This document shows, in pieces, positions 10,154 to 19,162 of a stretch of 64,000 bases of DNA. Within the stretch, counting starts at the first letter, position 1. Every line of letters starts with the position of its first letter. Where the stretch lies: contig OZ244239.1 of assembly GCA_965217115.1 (NCBI GenBank), positions 1,344,001 to 1,408,000 on the forward strand, in the 5' to 3' direction. A program made the position numbers and the translations under genes. Source of the stretch: Bdellovibrionales bacterium. Its GTDB lineage: Bacteria > Bdellovibrionota > Bdellovibrionia > Bdellovibrionales > CAYMLA01. The notes beneath the pieces are model-generated. The model searched no databases and was not told the origin of the DNA. It worked only from the letters and a program-made list of their open reading frames with translations.

Positions 10154-11593
10154 ATGGGACCTGTGCTATTTCGGCCATCAGTTCTTTTTTCAATTTTAAC
10201 CTTAAATATCTTCTTAATTCTTGGAGCATATCCTTTTTTAACGGATGGGACATTTTTCGATGCATTGGTTTACTCTTCCATAGCTAGAAATATGTCGGAG
10301 TTAAGCCACAGCTTTTGGAGTCCCCATCATTTCTTCGGAAGTGAAAAGGTTTTTTATGAACATCCCCCGATGCAGTTTTGGCTTCAGTCTCATTTTTTTA
10401 ATATTTTAGGGGATCATTTATGGGTAGATCGATTATTCTCATTTGTAGTGTTTTTGATAAATCTGCTAATTATGTTAAAAATATGGAATTTTTTAAATTT
10501 AAGAAAAAAAATTAAAAATGACCAAAATAATAGTTTATTATGGCTTCCTGTACTTCTCTGGATATCAGCTCCGTTAGTTTTTTGGTCATATCCAATAACT
10601 ATGTTGGAAAATACACTTACTCTATTTACTGCCTTGTCAGCATTGTTTTTTCTTGGATATAAAAAAACAAATCACTTTGGTTATTTCTTTCTTTATGTTT
10701 TATCTATTGCAGGGGCGTTTCTCGTAAAAGGACCTGTTGGATTATTCCCTTTAGCTTTTCCAGTATTTTATGGACTATCTTTCTACTCTAATTTATGGAA
10801 AAAGTACTTCGCTGAGACTATCTATGTCATAATTATACTTACTCTTATATTTGGATTTATTTTTGTTATAGATAAAGAGAGCTACCCCTTTTTAAAACAG
10901 TATTTTAACCAACAAGTTCTTGCAAGTCTTCAGGGAGTTAGGGAATCTCCTGAACCTCCTTGGAAAACATTGTTTGAAATAGTTAACCAAAATTTATTAG
11001 CCTTTATTTTGGGATTGTTGCTTGTTAAAAATAAAAAGCTTATTTTTAATGATATATGGGATGACAAAGAGAAAAGGGGCACGTTCTTTTTTATGGCCTT
11101 CGTCTCTTTGAGTGCATCTCTTCCGCTAATGGTAAGTCCTAAACAGCGACTTTTTTATATCATCCCCTCGATATTCTTTTACTCACTATGTTTCGCATTG
11201 CTATTTCGAAGCGGTATTGAAAGACGGCTCTTATCTATGAAAAATAAGCATAGAAATAAAAAGTTATTTTTTGGTTTTTTGTTTCTAACAATTGTTATAT
11301 GTATATTTTTATTAAAAAAAATCGGCTCTGTACGCAGGGATCACTCAGATATAGAAGTAACAAGTTTTATCAAAAATCATTTGGTTGCTGGATCTACTGT
11401 GAGAATGAAACCAAAACCTGATTGGAGTCTAATAAGTTATTTACAGCGTTACCATAAAATTACAACAAAAGTAGGGAATTCAAAAGACACTATTATCTTA
11501 ATTACGCCAAATTCTTATCGACAAAAAATTACAGGTAAAGTTTTATTTTCAAATAAGAACTGGACTGTATATGAGGAAAAAAGATTATTTTAA
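10154..11593 (+). CDS. ArnT/PMT-like (GT-C fold) membrane glycosyltransferase
   Basis: DALVYSSIARNM, FYEHPP, FLVKGPVGLFP motifs; many TM helices; visibly more AT-rich than the flanking genes. Confidence 0.85.
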   Translation: MGPVLFRPSVLFSILTLNIFLILGAYPFLTDGTFFDALVYSSIARNMSELSHSFWSPHHFFGSEKVFYEHPPMQFWLQSHFFNILGDHLWVDRLFSFVVFLINLLIMLKIWNFLNLRKKIKNDQNNSLLWLPVLLWISAPLVFWSYPITMLENTLTLFTALSALFFLGYKKTNHFGYFFLYVLSIAGAFLVKGPVGLFPLAFPVFYGLSFYSNLWKKYFAETIYVIIILTLIFGFIFVIDKESYPFLKQYFNQQVLASLQGVRESPEPPWKTLFEIVNQNLLAFILGLLLVKNKKLIFNDIWDDKEKRGTFFFMAFVSLSASLPLMVSPKQRLFYIIPSIFFYSLCFALLFRSGIERRLLSMKNKHRNKKLFFGFLFLTIVICIFLLKKIGSVRRDHSDIEVTSFIKNHLVAGSTVRMKPKPDWSLISYLQRYHKITTKVGNSKDTIILITPNSYRQKITGKVLFSNKNWTVYEEKRLF

Positions 11594-11609
11594 TAGAATA
11601 TCCCACTTG

Positions 11610-11785
11610 AAACCATTCTTATTAGAATAACCATTTGCATGGGAACAACAGAACCATTCAGCATACCAACGAGAAAAGTCAATTGAAGGTTTCTAATGAG
11701 CCGTGATTTAAGTGAGTTTTGTTTTCAAATGAATGAGCTTCAATGCAATGCCCGTTCTTCCCAGTCACACATGCTCGCAAAGCAA
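11610..11785. repeat. Degenerate fragments of the hairpin-element family
   Basis: accattcttattagaataaccatttgcatgggaacaac resembles 9251-9288; caattgaaggtttctaatgagccgtgatttaagtgagttttgttttca resembles 9612-9659 and 12023-12070; atgctcgcaaagc is a core remnant. Confidence 0.7.
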
Positions 11786-11835
11786 CCCCGTTGATCACAC
11801 TTGTTAGCTCTCCCCATAAGATCACGTTGTTGTTA

Positions 11836-12017
11836 GATCACTCTGCAAGATCACACTGTTAAATCGCCCTACTCAGTCACTCTACTCATCCGCACTTCTC
11901 ATCCACACTTCTCATCCACACTTCTCATCCGCACTTCTCATCCGCACTTCTCAGCCGCACTGTTCAGCCGCACTGTTCAGCCGCGCTGTTCAGTCGCGCT
12001 TCTCAGCCGCGTTGTTC
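11836..12017. repeat. 13-bp minisatellite, about 14 in-phase units (e.g. atccgcacttctc, agccgcactgttc)
   Basis: Ten clear units at 11888-12017 and four more diverged units from 11836. Confidence 0.9.
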
Positions 12018-12172
12018 CCAGTCAGTTGAAGGTTTCTAATGAGCGGTGATTTAAGTGGGTTTTGTTTTCAGGTGAGTTCGGCTTGGTGCGATGCTCGCAA
12101 AGCGAGCGCCGCAGCCAAACGAATGTCTGAACCTGAAAATAAAGCCCACTTAAATCACCGCCCACTTCGCCA
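12010..12172. repeat. Long hairpin element, copy B (31-bp arms at 12043-12073 and 12131-12161 around a 57-nt core), inverted relative to copy A
   Basis: gcggtgatttaagtgggttttgttttcaggt ... acctgaaaataaagcccacttaaatcaccgc. The core is 55/57 identical to the reverse complement of copy A. Confidence 0.9.
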
Positions 12173-12174
12173 AA

Positions 12175-12639
12175 TCAAAACGGTTTTATTTGTTCAAACT
12201 GAGCACTCTCCTCATTATAATGAAAAATATTTAAGTGAGCGATAAGATTGTCATCAAAGCTTGGTGCAAGAACCTCTAGAGTGTTGTCATTATCGATATC
12301 GTCAATTGCTAGATTTATGGTTCGGCCTTTCATTTGAAAATATCCATCTTGATTACCACTGAGCTTTGTTTTCCATATTTTTTTAAAATCACCATTTGTT
12401 TGTTGTTGATAGAATTCAAGAAAAAGTCCTTCAGCGACCTGAAATTTAACAACCTTTACGTAGTGACCGTCTTTTAAGAGATCTGCCACAGCTGTTGATA
12501 GTACACGCCTCTGACTTCCAAGGATCCAGTGGCGAGCTTTATATCTTAGTGATGAAGAAAAAACCACAACACCTGAAATGACAAAAGAGAAGATGCAGAT
12601 GAGTGTTTTTGTTAAATGTCGCGAGTAGAGTTCTTCCAT
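12175..12639 (-). CDS. Hypothetical membrane-anchored protein
   Basis: 154-aa ORF with N-terminal TM helix and NLAIDDIDNDNTLEVLAPSFD (FG-GAP-like loop); co-oriented with xth. Confidence 0.7.
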   Translation of the reverse strand: MEELYSRHLTKTLICIFSFVISGVVVFSSSLRYKARHWILGSQRRVLSTAVADLLKDGHYVKVVKFQVAEGLFLEFYQQQTNGDFKKIWKTKLSGNQDGYFQMKGRTINLAIDDIDNDNTLEVLAPSFDDNLIAHLNIFHYNEESAQFEQIKPF

Positions 12640-12657
12640 GGATTTATCTTAAACCAT

Positions 12658-13422
12658 TCATCGTTTTAATTGTAGCATAACAGGACAATGGTCTGAACCC
12701 ATAACCTCTGATTGATGGGTGATTTTCTTTACACGGTCAATCAGAGCTACTGTTGAGCAGAAATAATCTAATCTCCAACCAATATTACGTTGACGCACAC
12801 CAGGACGGTAGCTCCACCAAGTGTAATGCTCAGGCTCTTTGACGAAATGTCGGAAAATATCTACATAATCAGCATTGAGAAAATTATCCATCCAAGCCCG
12901 TTCTTGAGGGAGAAAACCAGCATTATTTTTATTTGCTTTTGGGTTTTTAAGATCAATTTCATGGTGAGCGACATTGAAGTCGCCACAAAGAATAACATCT
13001 TTACCTGTTTTCTTAAGGCGATTCATATATAGGTGTATTTTTTTGCAAAAGGCGATTTTGTAATCTAGACGAGTGTGTTCTCTTTGGCTATTAGGGAAGT
13101 AGGCAGTTATGAGATAAAAATCGGGATATTCAGCGGTGAGAACACGTCCTTCTTTATCAATGTCTTTAACCCCGATGCCGTAACTAATATTGAGTGGTTC
13201 TTTCTTACTGTAGATGGCGACACTTGAGTAACCTTTTTTTTCTGCCGAATGCCAGTAAGAATGGTACTTAAGAGGGTGGAGTGTCTCTTCAGAAAGCTGT
13301 TCAGGGTGTGCTTTTGTTTCTTGTAAACAGACAATATCAGCCCTTTGTTTAGAAAACCAATCGATAAAACCATTTTTTACACAGGCTCGAATTCCGTTAA
13401 CATTCCATGTGATTAATTTCAT
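12658..13422 (-). CDS. xth: Exodeoxyribonuclease III
   Basis: TWNVNGIRA, CLQETK, GDFNVAH, YTWWSYR, GWRLDY, SDHCPV. Confidence 0.95.
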   Translation of the reverse strand: MKLITWNVNGIRACVKNGFIDWFSKQRADIVCLQETKAHPEQLSEETLHPLKYHSYWHSAEKKGYSSVAIYSKKEPLNISYGIGVKDIDKEGRVLTAEYPDFYLITAYFPNSQREHTRLDYKIAFCKKIHLYMNRLKKTGKDVILCGDFNVAHHEIDLKNPKANKNNAGFLPQERAWMDNFLNADYVDIFRHFVKEPEHYTWWSYRPGVRQRNIGWRLDYFCSTVALIDRVKKITHQSEVMGSDHCPVMLQLKR

Positions 13423-13450
13423 AACAATTGTCCTTTTTAAACGGATGCCT

Positions 13451-14146
13451 TTATAGTTGAGTTATAAAACTTAGTTGCCTACCTGAGGATTCTCCATCTC
13501 GGCGATAGGAATGAAAATCTGGATCAGTATAGGTATTTATTGGAAGAGTTAAAACCTGCTGATCACTAATACAGAAAGGATGAAGTTGTTGTAAAATAAT
13601 TTTGTTCAAATCGACCAAAAACTTGTTTGAAGATTTTTTTATATAGACTGAAGAATGGTTTTTCCGTGGAACAGAGTAGAGGAGGCATTCTAAGATGTCT
13701 TTTTCAACTTCAAAATTATCAGATTTAATATGAGGGCCAATAGCAATACGAATATTTTCAGGAAGAGCCTTTTTTTGCAAGAATAGTTCTATCCCTTTAG
13801 AGAGAATATTCTGGGCAACCCCTTTCCAGCCAGCATGAAGAGCCATGAGCATATTTGATTTTATTTCCCAGACAAAAATAGGAACACAATCTGCAGTAGT
13901 AACTCCAAGGGAGAGACCAATTTCTGTTGTCCACAGTCCATCGGCTTCACAGGGATTTTCAGACAAAGCCTTTTGGCTGGACACGATACGATGGCCATGA
14001 ACCTGTTTTGCCATAACAGGTTGAAATTGCGGAAAACTTTTTTTCCAATGGCCTAGAGAACTTTTCTTGTTACCAAAGAAAACCATGAAAGACTTAGTTT
14101 GGTACTTATATCCATAAGGTGTTTTTTGTAAAAGGTCATTTTTCAT
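13451..14146 (-). CDS. pgeF: Peptidoglycan editing factor / YfiH family purine nucleoside phosphorylase
   Basis: QVHG, EADGL, TADCVPI, LHAGWKG, IGPHI, FHSYRR. Confidence 0.9.
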   Translation of the reverse strand: MKNDLLQKTPYGYKYQTKSFMVFFGNKKSSLGHWKKSFPQFQPVMAKQVHGHRIVSSQKALSENPCEADGLWTTEIGLSLGVTTADCVPIFVWEIKSNMLMALHAGWKGVAQNILSKGIELFLQKKALPENIRIAIGPHIKSDNFEVEKDILECLLYSVPRKNHSSVYIKKSSNKFLVDLNKIILQQLHPFCISDQQVLTLPINTYTDPDFHSYRRDGESSGRQLSFITQL

Positions 14147-14388
14147 AATAAAACCATTCAGTTATCGAATAAAATCTCTGTGCTATTAAAGAAATATTTT
14201 TTTTTCAAAGAGATTATTGTAGCGCGATTTTATCAAAAATGCAATGAGTAGGTAAGGCTTCGTAATTAAGTCAGGTTTTTTTTGCTTATTGCATTCTCTA
14301 GAAAATGAAAAACTTAAAGTTATGGCTAAGATGTTTAAAAATAGGTTCAGAGGTTTTTCTAAAAAACGATGGTTTGTATCATTACGAA

Positions 14389-15339
14389 TTAAGAACAAAG
14401 ATTTTTTAAGATATCTGGCATATCGGTAGAGAAAAAGAAATCTTTTTTGGAGGAAGGGTGCTTAAACCCTAGTTCCTTGGCGTGAAGAGCAAAGCGTCCA
14501 AGGTCCTTGATTTTCTTTTTAAGATTCTCTGATTTTAAATTTTTATAATAGCCAAGCGCTCCATAAAGGTCATCGCCAACAACTGGATGGCCAATATGTG
14601 AGAGATGAACTCGAATTTGATGTGTACGACCAGTTTCTAATTTTAATTCTACGAGATTCAGTCCAGAGGGAGTTGTCATAAGAACTTTGTAATGGGTTTT
14701 GGACCACTTACCTTTGTCTTTGTCGTTATTGAGGGAAAATTTTTTTCTATGATTAGGATGGCGAGATATAAAACCTTCAATGGAGTCATTGAGTGATTTA
14801 AATTTGCCAAAACAAATAGCGTGATAGACTCGATGGGTCGTTTTGTCCTTAAACTGTTGGGCGAGTAAATTATGAGAATGGTTATTTTTTGCAACAACTA
14901 ATAGACCGCTAGTGTCTTTATCCAGTCTATGAACAATTCCAGGGCGTTTTTCTTTAAGTCCCATAGAGAGTTCATCGGTGTGAGCAATGAGAGCATTAAC
15001 GAGAGTGTCCTGGTCATGCCCTGCAGCAGGGTGTACAACAAGCCCCGAAGGTTTATTGAGAACAATAAGATCTTGATCTTCGTGTATTATATCTAAGGGA
15101 TAATTCCATGGAACGAGGGTTGAGGGTTTTTCAGGGGGCATTTGTAAATATAATTGATCTCCCTTTTCAAGGAGATAGGAGGGCTTTTGAAGATGACCAT
15201 TCACTTTAATATGGCCAGCTTTTATGAGAAGGCTAGCCTGAGAGCGACTTGTAATATTCTCTCTATGACCAAGAAAGGAGTCTAACCTTTGGCCTGCATT
15301 GTCTTGAGTGATGGTGATAGAAATCACTAATCCCGTCAT
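14389..15339 (-). CDS. rluD: RluA/RluD family pseudouridine synthase
   Basis: N-terminal S4 domain, NKPSGLVVHP, GIVHRLDKDTSGL, LETGRTHQIRVH; next to pgeF. Confidence 0.88.
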   Translation of the reverse strand: MTGLVISITITQDNAGQRLDSFLGHRENITSRSQASLLIKAGHIKVNGHLQKPSYLLEKGDQLYLQMPPEKPSTLVPWNYPLDIIHEDQDLIVLNKPSGLVVHPAAGHDQDTLVNALIAHTDELSMGLKEKRPGIVHRLDKDTSGLLVVAKNNHSHNLLAQQFKDKTTHRVYHAICFGKFKSLNDSIEGFISRHPNHRKKFSLNNDKDKGKWSKTHYKVLMTTPSGLNLVELKLETGRTHQIRVHLSHIGHPVVGDDLYGALGYYKNLKSENLKKKIKDLGRFALHAKELGFKHPSSKKDFFFSTDMPDILKNLCS

Positions 15340-16082
15340 TGAGTTGACCGTTGAATCAATGGTTTTAGAAGTCCCTCTTGTAGCCTCTCTTCAGCCGAAG
15401 ATGGGCGTATATAAATGGGGCAAGCTGTTTCCCAAGTTTTAGCTTGTTCTTCAAACCATTCTTTACAGAGCTTCGGTATAACATTAAGGCTATCTGGGTA
15501 ATCTCTGTAGTTGGAAGATCGAATTAAATTCTTATTGAGATGAAGATTAAAAAAATCTTTGTAAAAGAGATATCCATCTCCAAGGCAAAGGTGAGGAGAA
15601 ACAATAGAGTCATTTAATTGCGCAACCGGAAGAGCAAAGGGAGCGAGAATATTTTGTAAAGTATTTTGTTCCCATTTGAAAGAGGCTATATAGACCATGT
15701 TTTTAAATGCATTTATTATACAGAGAATAGGAAGAGTCTGCCTGTCTTTTTGCTTATAAGTAGAGAGAGCCAGATTTTCCAGTGAATTCATCGTATAGAT
15801 TGGTTTTTTCACGACATAGGCAAGGGATTTAACGGTATTAAGTCCAACACGCAAACCGGTGAAACTACCTGGTCCGTGAGTGACAAGAAAGCCATCTAAA
15901 TCGTCGAGAGACCAGTTACTTTTATGAAAAGATTCTTCAATGGATGGAGAAAGATATTCACTGTGGGCTTTTTCTTTTTCCCAAGAGTGTTGATAAATTA
16001 TTTTTGAATCTTTTTTGTTAGTTTCGATTAAGCTAAGGCTTCCTCTGAGTGTGCTTGTGTCAACGGATAATAGCTTTAACAA
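15336..16082 (-). CDS. tsaB: tRNA threonylcarbamoyladenosine biosynthesis protein TsaB
   Basis: LSVDTST, HSEYL, GPGSFTGLRVG, PIYIRPS. Confidence 0.9.
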   Translation of the reverse strand: MLKLLSVDTSTLRGSLSLIETNKKDSKIIYQHSWEKEKAHSEYLSPSIEESFHKSNWSLDDLDGFLVTHGPGSFTGLRVGLNTVKSLAYVVKKPIYTMNSLENLALSTYKQKDRQTLPILCIINAFKNMVYIASFKWEQNTLQNILAPFALPVAQLNDSIVSPHLCLGDGYLFYKDFFNLHLNKNLIRSSNYRDYPDSLNVIPKLCKEWFEEQAKTWETACPIYIRPSSAEERLQEGLLKPLIQRSTQ

Positions 16083-16088
16083 AGTCTT

Positions 16089-17765
16089 TTACCAATTAAA
16101 GTTTAAAATTCGTGAAAAATCATTAAAGAGAGCAAAGGCCATTAAGCTCATAAGAAGAATGACACCAATTTGTTGGGCGACAAGCATCTTTTTTAGGCTA
16201 ATAGGCCCACCTCGAATTGCTTCGATACTAAAAAAGAGAAGATGGCCCCCGTCAAGAACAGGAACGGGTAAGAGGTTGATGATGAAGAGATTTACAGAGA
16301 TGACGGCCATTATTTGTAGGAACTGAATCCATCCAGTTTTAAAGCTCTGGCTGGCAATTTGGCCGATAGAAAGGATTCCACCAATATTTTTTGGAGATAT
16401 TTTAGCTTGAAAAAGGCGAACAAAGCTAAGGGCTGTCATAACTGTGACATCCCAAGTACGCGTGGCTCCTAGCCAGAGAGCATTTATTGGGTTTGTTTCT
16501 TTTACGGTTATGATGGAGGGAATAGAGGATATGATAAAGGGCGCAATACCTACAGTGTAACGATTTTCTTCGAAGCCTTGGCGGTTCATTTGACGGGTTA
16601 TTTTTGGAAAAATATTAAAGGTGAACTGCTTTCCTTTTCTCTGTACAGTTATATGAATAGGTTTCTTTTCTTTATTAAAAGAGGAGATAGAGGAAACAAC
16701 ATCCTTCCAAGAGGTAATGGTTTTGTTATTAATACTAACAAGACGATCTCCAGTGAGAAGACCTGCTTTTTGCGCAGGAGAATGGGCGATAACTCTTTGT
16801 AGATAAAGATCAGGGTCGTCAAAGCCAAGTTGTGCAAAAATATTTTTCTTTGATAAAGGGCGATTAAGAACAACTGAAAAGGTTGTTGCTTCTTCTTTCT
16901 CAAAATCTATACGATCAAGGGTGACAGTTATAGGAAAAGAAGCTTTATTAAAACTTTGGCGAAGCTCTCTCCAATGGTGGATATCGACGGCGTTAATTTT
17001 TTTTATAAGATCTCCGGTTCTTATTCCTGCGATAAATGCAGGAGACTGGTGAGACTTGATGGCAACAACGCTGGAGCGAGATTTAGTTGAAAGGCCTTCG
17101 ATCTGACCAATTTTTTCATCAGGGCTGAGAATATTGGGATTGTCGCCAAGAAGAGGTGTGACAGAAACGTTAATAGATGTATTTTTGCGTTTGATTTGAA
17201 ATGGAAGCAATTTATTGAAGTTTTTTTGTATAATGGCTTGAGCTTCACTCCATGTTTTTATGGGCTTATCAGAAATAGACATTATGGTATCGCCTGAGCG
17301 AAATCCTACTTGATAGGCCTTTGATGAGTTATGAATGTCTCCTAATTTTGCAGAGAGACGAGGCTCTCCTGAAAATGCAATGAGAGTAAAGATCAAAAAG
17401 GCAAAAAAGAGATTCATAAGAGGTCCAGCTAGAACAATGGCGATTCTCTGGCCGACAGGTTTGTGGAGAAAAGCGACAGATTTTTGTTCATCTGATATTT
17501 CAGCTGAGAGGTCATCGCCGTACATTTTAACATAGCCACCTAAAGGGATAAGACTGAGACAATAGACAGTGTCCCCCTTTTTGTATTGAAGTATTTTTTT
17601 ACCAAATCCGAGACTAAAGACCTCAATTTTAACCTTATAAAATTTTGCGACAAGAAAATGTCCCATTTCATGGACGAAGATTAAAAGCCCGAGAAGAATA
17701 ACAAAGGGAACGATAACCGATAGACCTGATTGTAGCCATTCAATGAGAAATGAGATAGATTCCAT
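16089..17765 (-). CDS. rseP: RIP metalloprotease RseP with multiple PDZ domains
   Basis: HEMGH, FSLGFG, PLGGYVKM, AGPLMN, NLLPVPVLDGGH. Confidence 0.93.
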   Translation of the reverse strand: MESISFLIEWLQSGLSVIVPFVILLGLLIFVHEMGHFLVAKFYKVKIEVFSLGFGKKILQYKKGDTVYCLSLIPLGGYVKMYGDDLSAEISDEQKSVAFLHKPVGQRIAIVLAGPLMNLFFAFLIFTLIAFSGEPRLSAKLGDIHNSSKAYQVGFRSGDTIMSISDKPIKTWSEAQAIIQKNFNKLLPFQIKRKNTSINVSVTPLLGDNPNILSPDEKIGQIEGLSTKSRSSVVAIKSHQSPAFIAGIRTGDLIKKINAVDIHHWRELRQSFNKASFPITVTLDRIDFEKEEATTFSVVLNRPLSKKNIFAQLGFDDPDLYLQRVIAHSPAQKAGLLTGDRLVSINNKTITSWKDVVSSISSFNKEKKPIHITVQRKGKQFTFNIFPKITRQMNRQGFEENRYTVGIAPFIISSIPSIITVKETNPINALWLGATRTWDVTVMTALSFVRLFQAKISPKNIGGILSIGQIASQSFKTGWIQFLQIMAVISVNLFIINLLPVPVLDGGHLLFFSIEAIRGGPISLKKMLVAQQIGVILLMSLMAFALFNDFSRILNFNW

Positions 17766-17886
17766 GGGGCTATTCTAATAATATAGAGACCATTAGTACA
17801 CTCTAAATAATTTATAGAGCACCATGTCTGGACCTTTTGGACTTGGGTTTTGGTTCAAATGGGCTCTTGATTATAAACAATAGTCA

Positions 17887-18300
17887 TTAACAGAAAATTC
17901 GACCAATTTTTAATCCATCAGGAGCAAAAAGAATATCAATAAAAACAGAAACAAAGATACCACCTATAATCCAGAGTGATTTTGTCTTAAAGGGAATAGT
18001 TGAGGGAGTTTTAAAAAGAAAAAGAATAAGACTCCACTCAAAAATTCTTATAGGGGAATAAACTAAGAAATACATGGGAAATTCACCATCATGTAATGCT
18101 GAAACAGGTAGCAAATCTGTATTTATCCCAATGAGAATACCAAGGACAGCGCCTATAAGGGCTCTAAAAAGGCCAAGAGCTAAACTTCTTCCAATAGGTA
18201 CCTTTGGGGAGAGAGTTAAGTATTTAATGCCAACACCACACCACAAGGAGTAGCCAATAATTTTCATAAATGCATAAAGTAAATGGCCAGAAAATATCAT
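17887..18300 (-). CDS. Hypothetical membrane protein
   Basis: 137-aa hydrophobic ORF, co-oriented, between cdsA and rseP. Confidence 0.6.
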   Translation of the reverse strand: MIFSGHLLYAFMKIIGYSLWCGVGIKYLTLSPKVPIGRSLALGLFRALIGAVLGILIGINTDLLPVSALHDGEFPMYFLVYSPIRIFEWSLILFLFKTPSTIPFKTKSLWIIGGIFVSVFIDILFAPDGLKIGRIFC

Positions 18301-18343
18301 AATAGGGAGATCTCTAAATAAATAAAAACACGCTATGCTTTAG

Positions 18344-19162
18344 TTACTGCATAAAGATTAATATGAATAGGTACATAACGGGTAGAGCAAAGAGAAGGCT
18401 GTCAATTCGGTCTAGAACACCTCCATGTCCAGGCATGAATTTTCCAGAGTCTTTTACGCCGTTAATTCTTTTTAAGAGGGATTCAAAAAAATCTCCCGAT
18501 TGAGCAAAAACCCCCAGACAGAGACCAAGAAGAAAAAAACTCCAGACAGGAGTCGAGGGGAAAAAATAGATTCCGAAAGAAACGGTGGAGAGAAGTGATC
18601 CAGCTAATCCCCCAAAGGAGCCTTCAACTGTTTTAAGAGGAGAGAGATGGGGAAGGATCTTGTTTTTTCCAAAATTGACACCAATGATGTAGGCCAGAGT
18701 GTCCCCAGAAAAAACAGCGACAAAAACCAGGGCAAAAAGAATGAGGCCTTCTTCAAGGAGAAGAATTTTCCCAGCAAAGCTTGGCAAAAGACCGCAATAA
18801 AATAAACCAAAGCTAGAGCGTAGTGACCACTGCTTTAATTGTTCTAAATCTTGGCGAAAAGGAGCAGCAAGTAAGCACATGACAATAGAGAGAAGTACGC
18901 TGATGGAGAAAAAAGACATCGCCCAAGAAGGTTGAAAAACCATGAAGCAGTAATTAGAGAGAACGAGGCCATAGAAAAGCAATTTTAGACGTTTGCTAGA
19001 TTTAAAATGAGAGAAAGTCAGACGATTATATTCGCGGGCAGAGAGCCATGATAAGAGTAGACACAAGTAAACAAGGCCCTTTGTAGGAAAAAAGAAATGT
19101 ATAACAACAAGAAGAGCAGTCGCAAGAATCGCAGAAAAGAATCTTTTAGTAAAAGTCGTCAT
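18344..19162 (-). CDS. cdsA: Phosphatidate cytidylyltransferase (start revised to ATG at 19162)
   Basis: DTLAY..G..FGK, SPLKTVEG, GDFFESLLKR..GVKDSG..PGHGGVLDRIDS. Confidence 0.93.
   Translation of the reverse strand: MTTFTKRFFSAILATALLVVIHFFFPTKGLVYLCLLLSWLSAREYNRLTFSHFKSSKRLKLLFYGLVLSNYCFMVFQPSWAMSFFSISVLLSIVMCLLAAPFRQDLEQLKQWSLRSSFGLFYCGLLPSFAGKILLLEEGLILFALVFVAVFSGDTLAYIIGVNFGKNKILPHLSPLKTVEGSFGGLAGSLLSTVSFGIYFFPSTPVWSFFLLGLCLGVFAQSGDFFESLLKRINGVKDSGKFMPGHGGVLDRIDSLLFALPVMYLFILIFMQ

Noticed and set aside
9227..12017. CRISPR array
   Set aside because: Repeat units are 241-251 bp or 13 bp with no unique spacers of constant length, and there are no cas genes.
14186..14398. 70-aa ORF between rluD and pgeF
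   Set aside because: AT-rich with no recognisable motif or RBS; probably intergenic.
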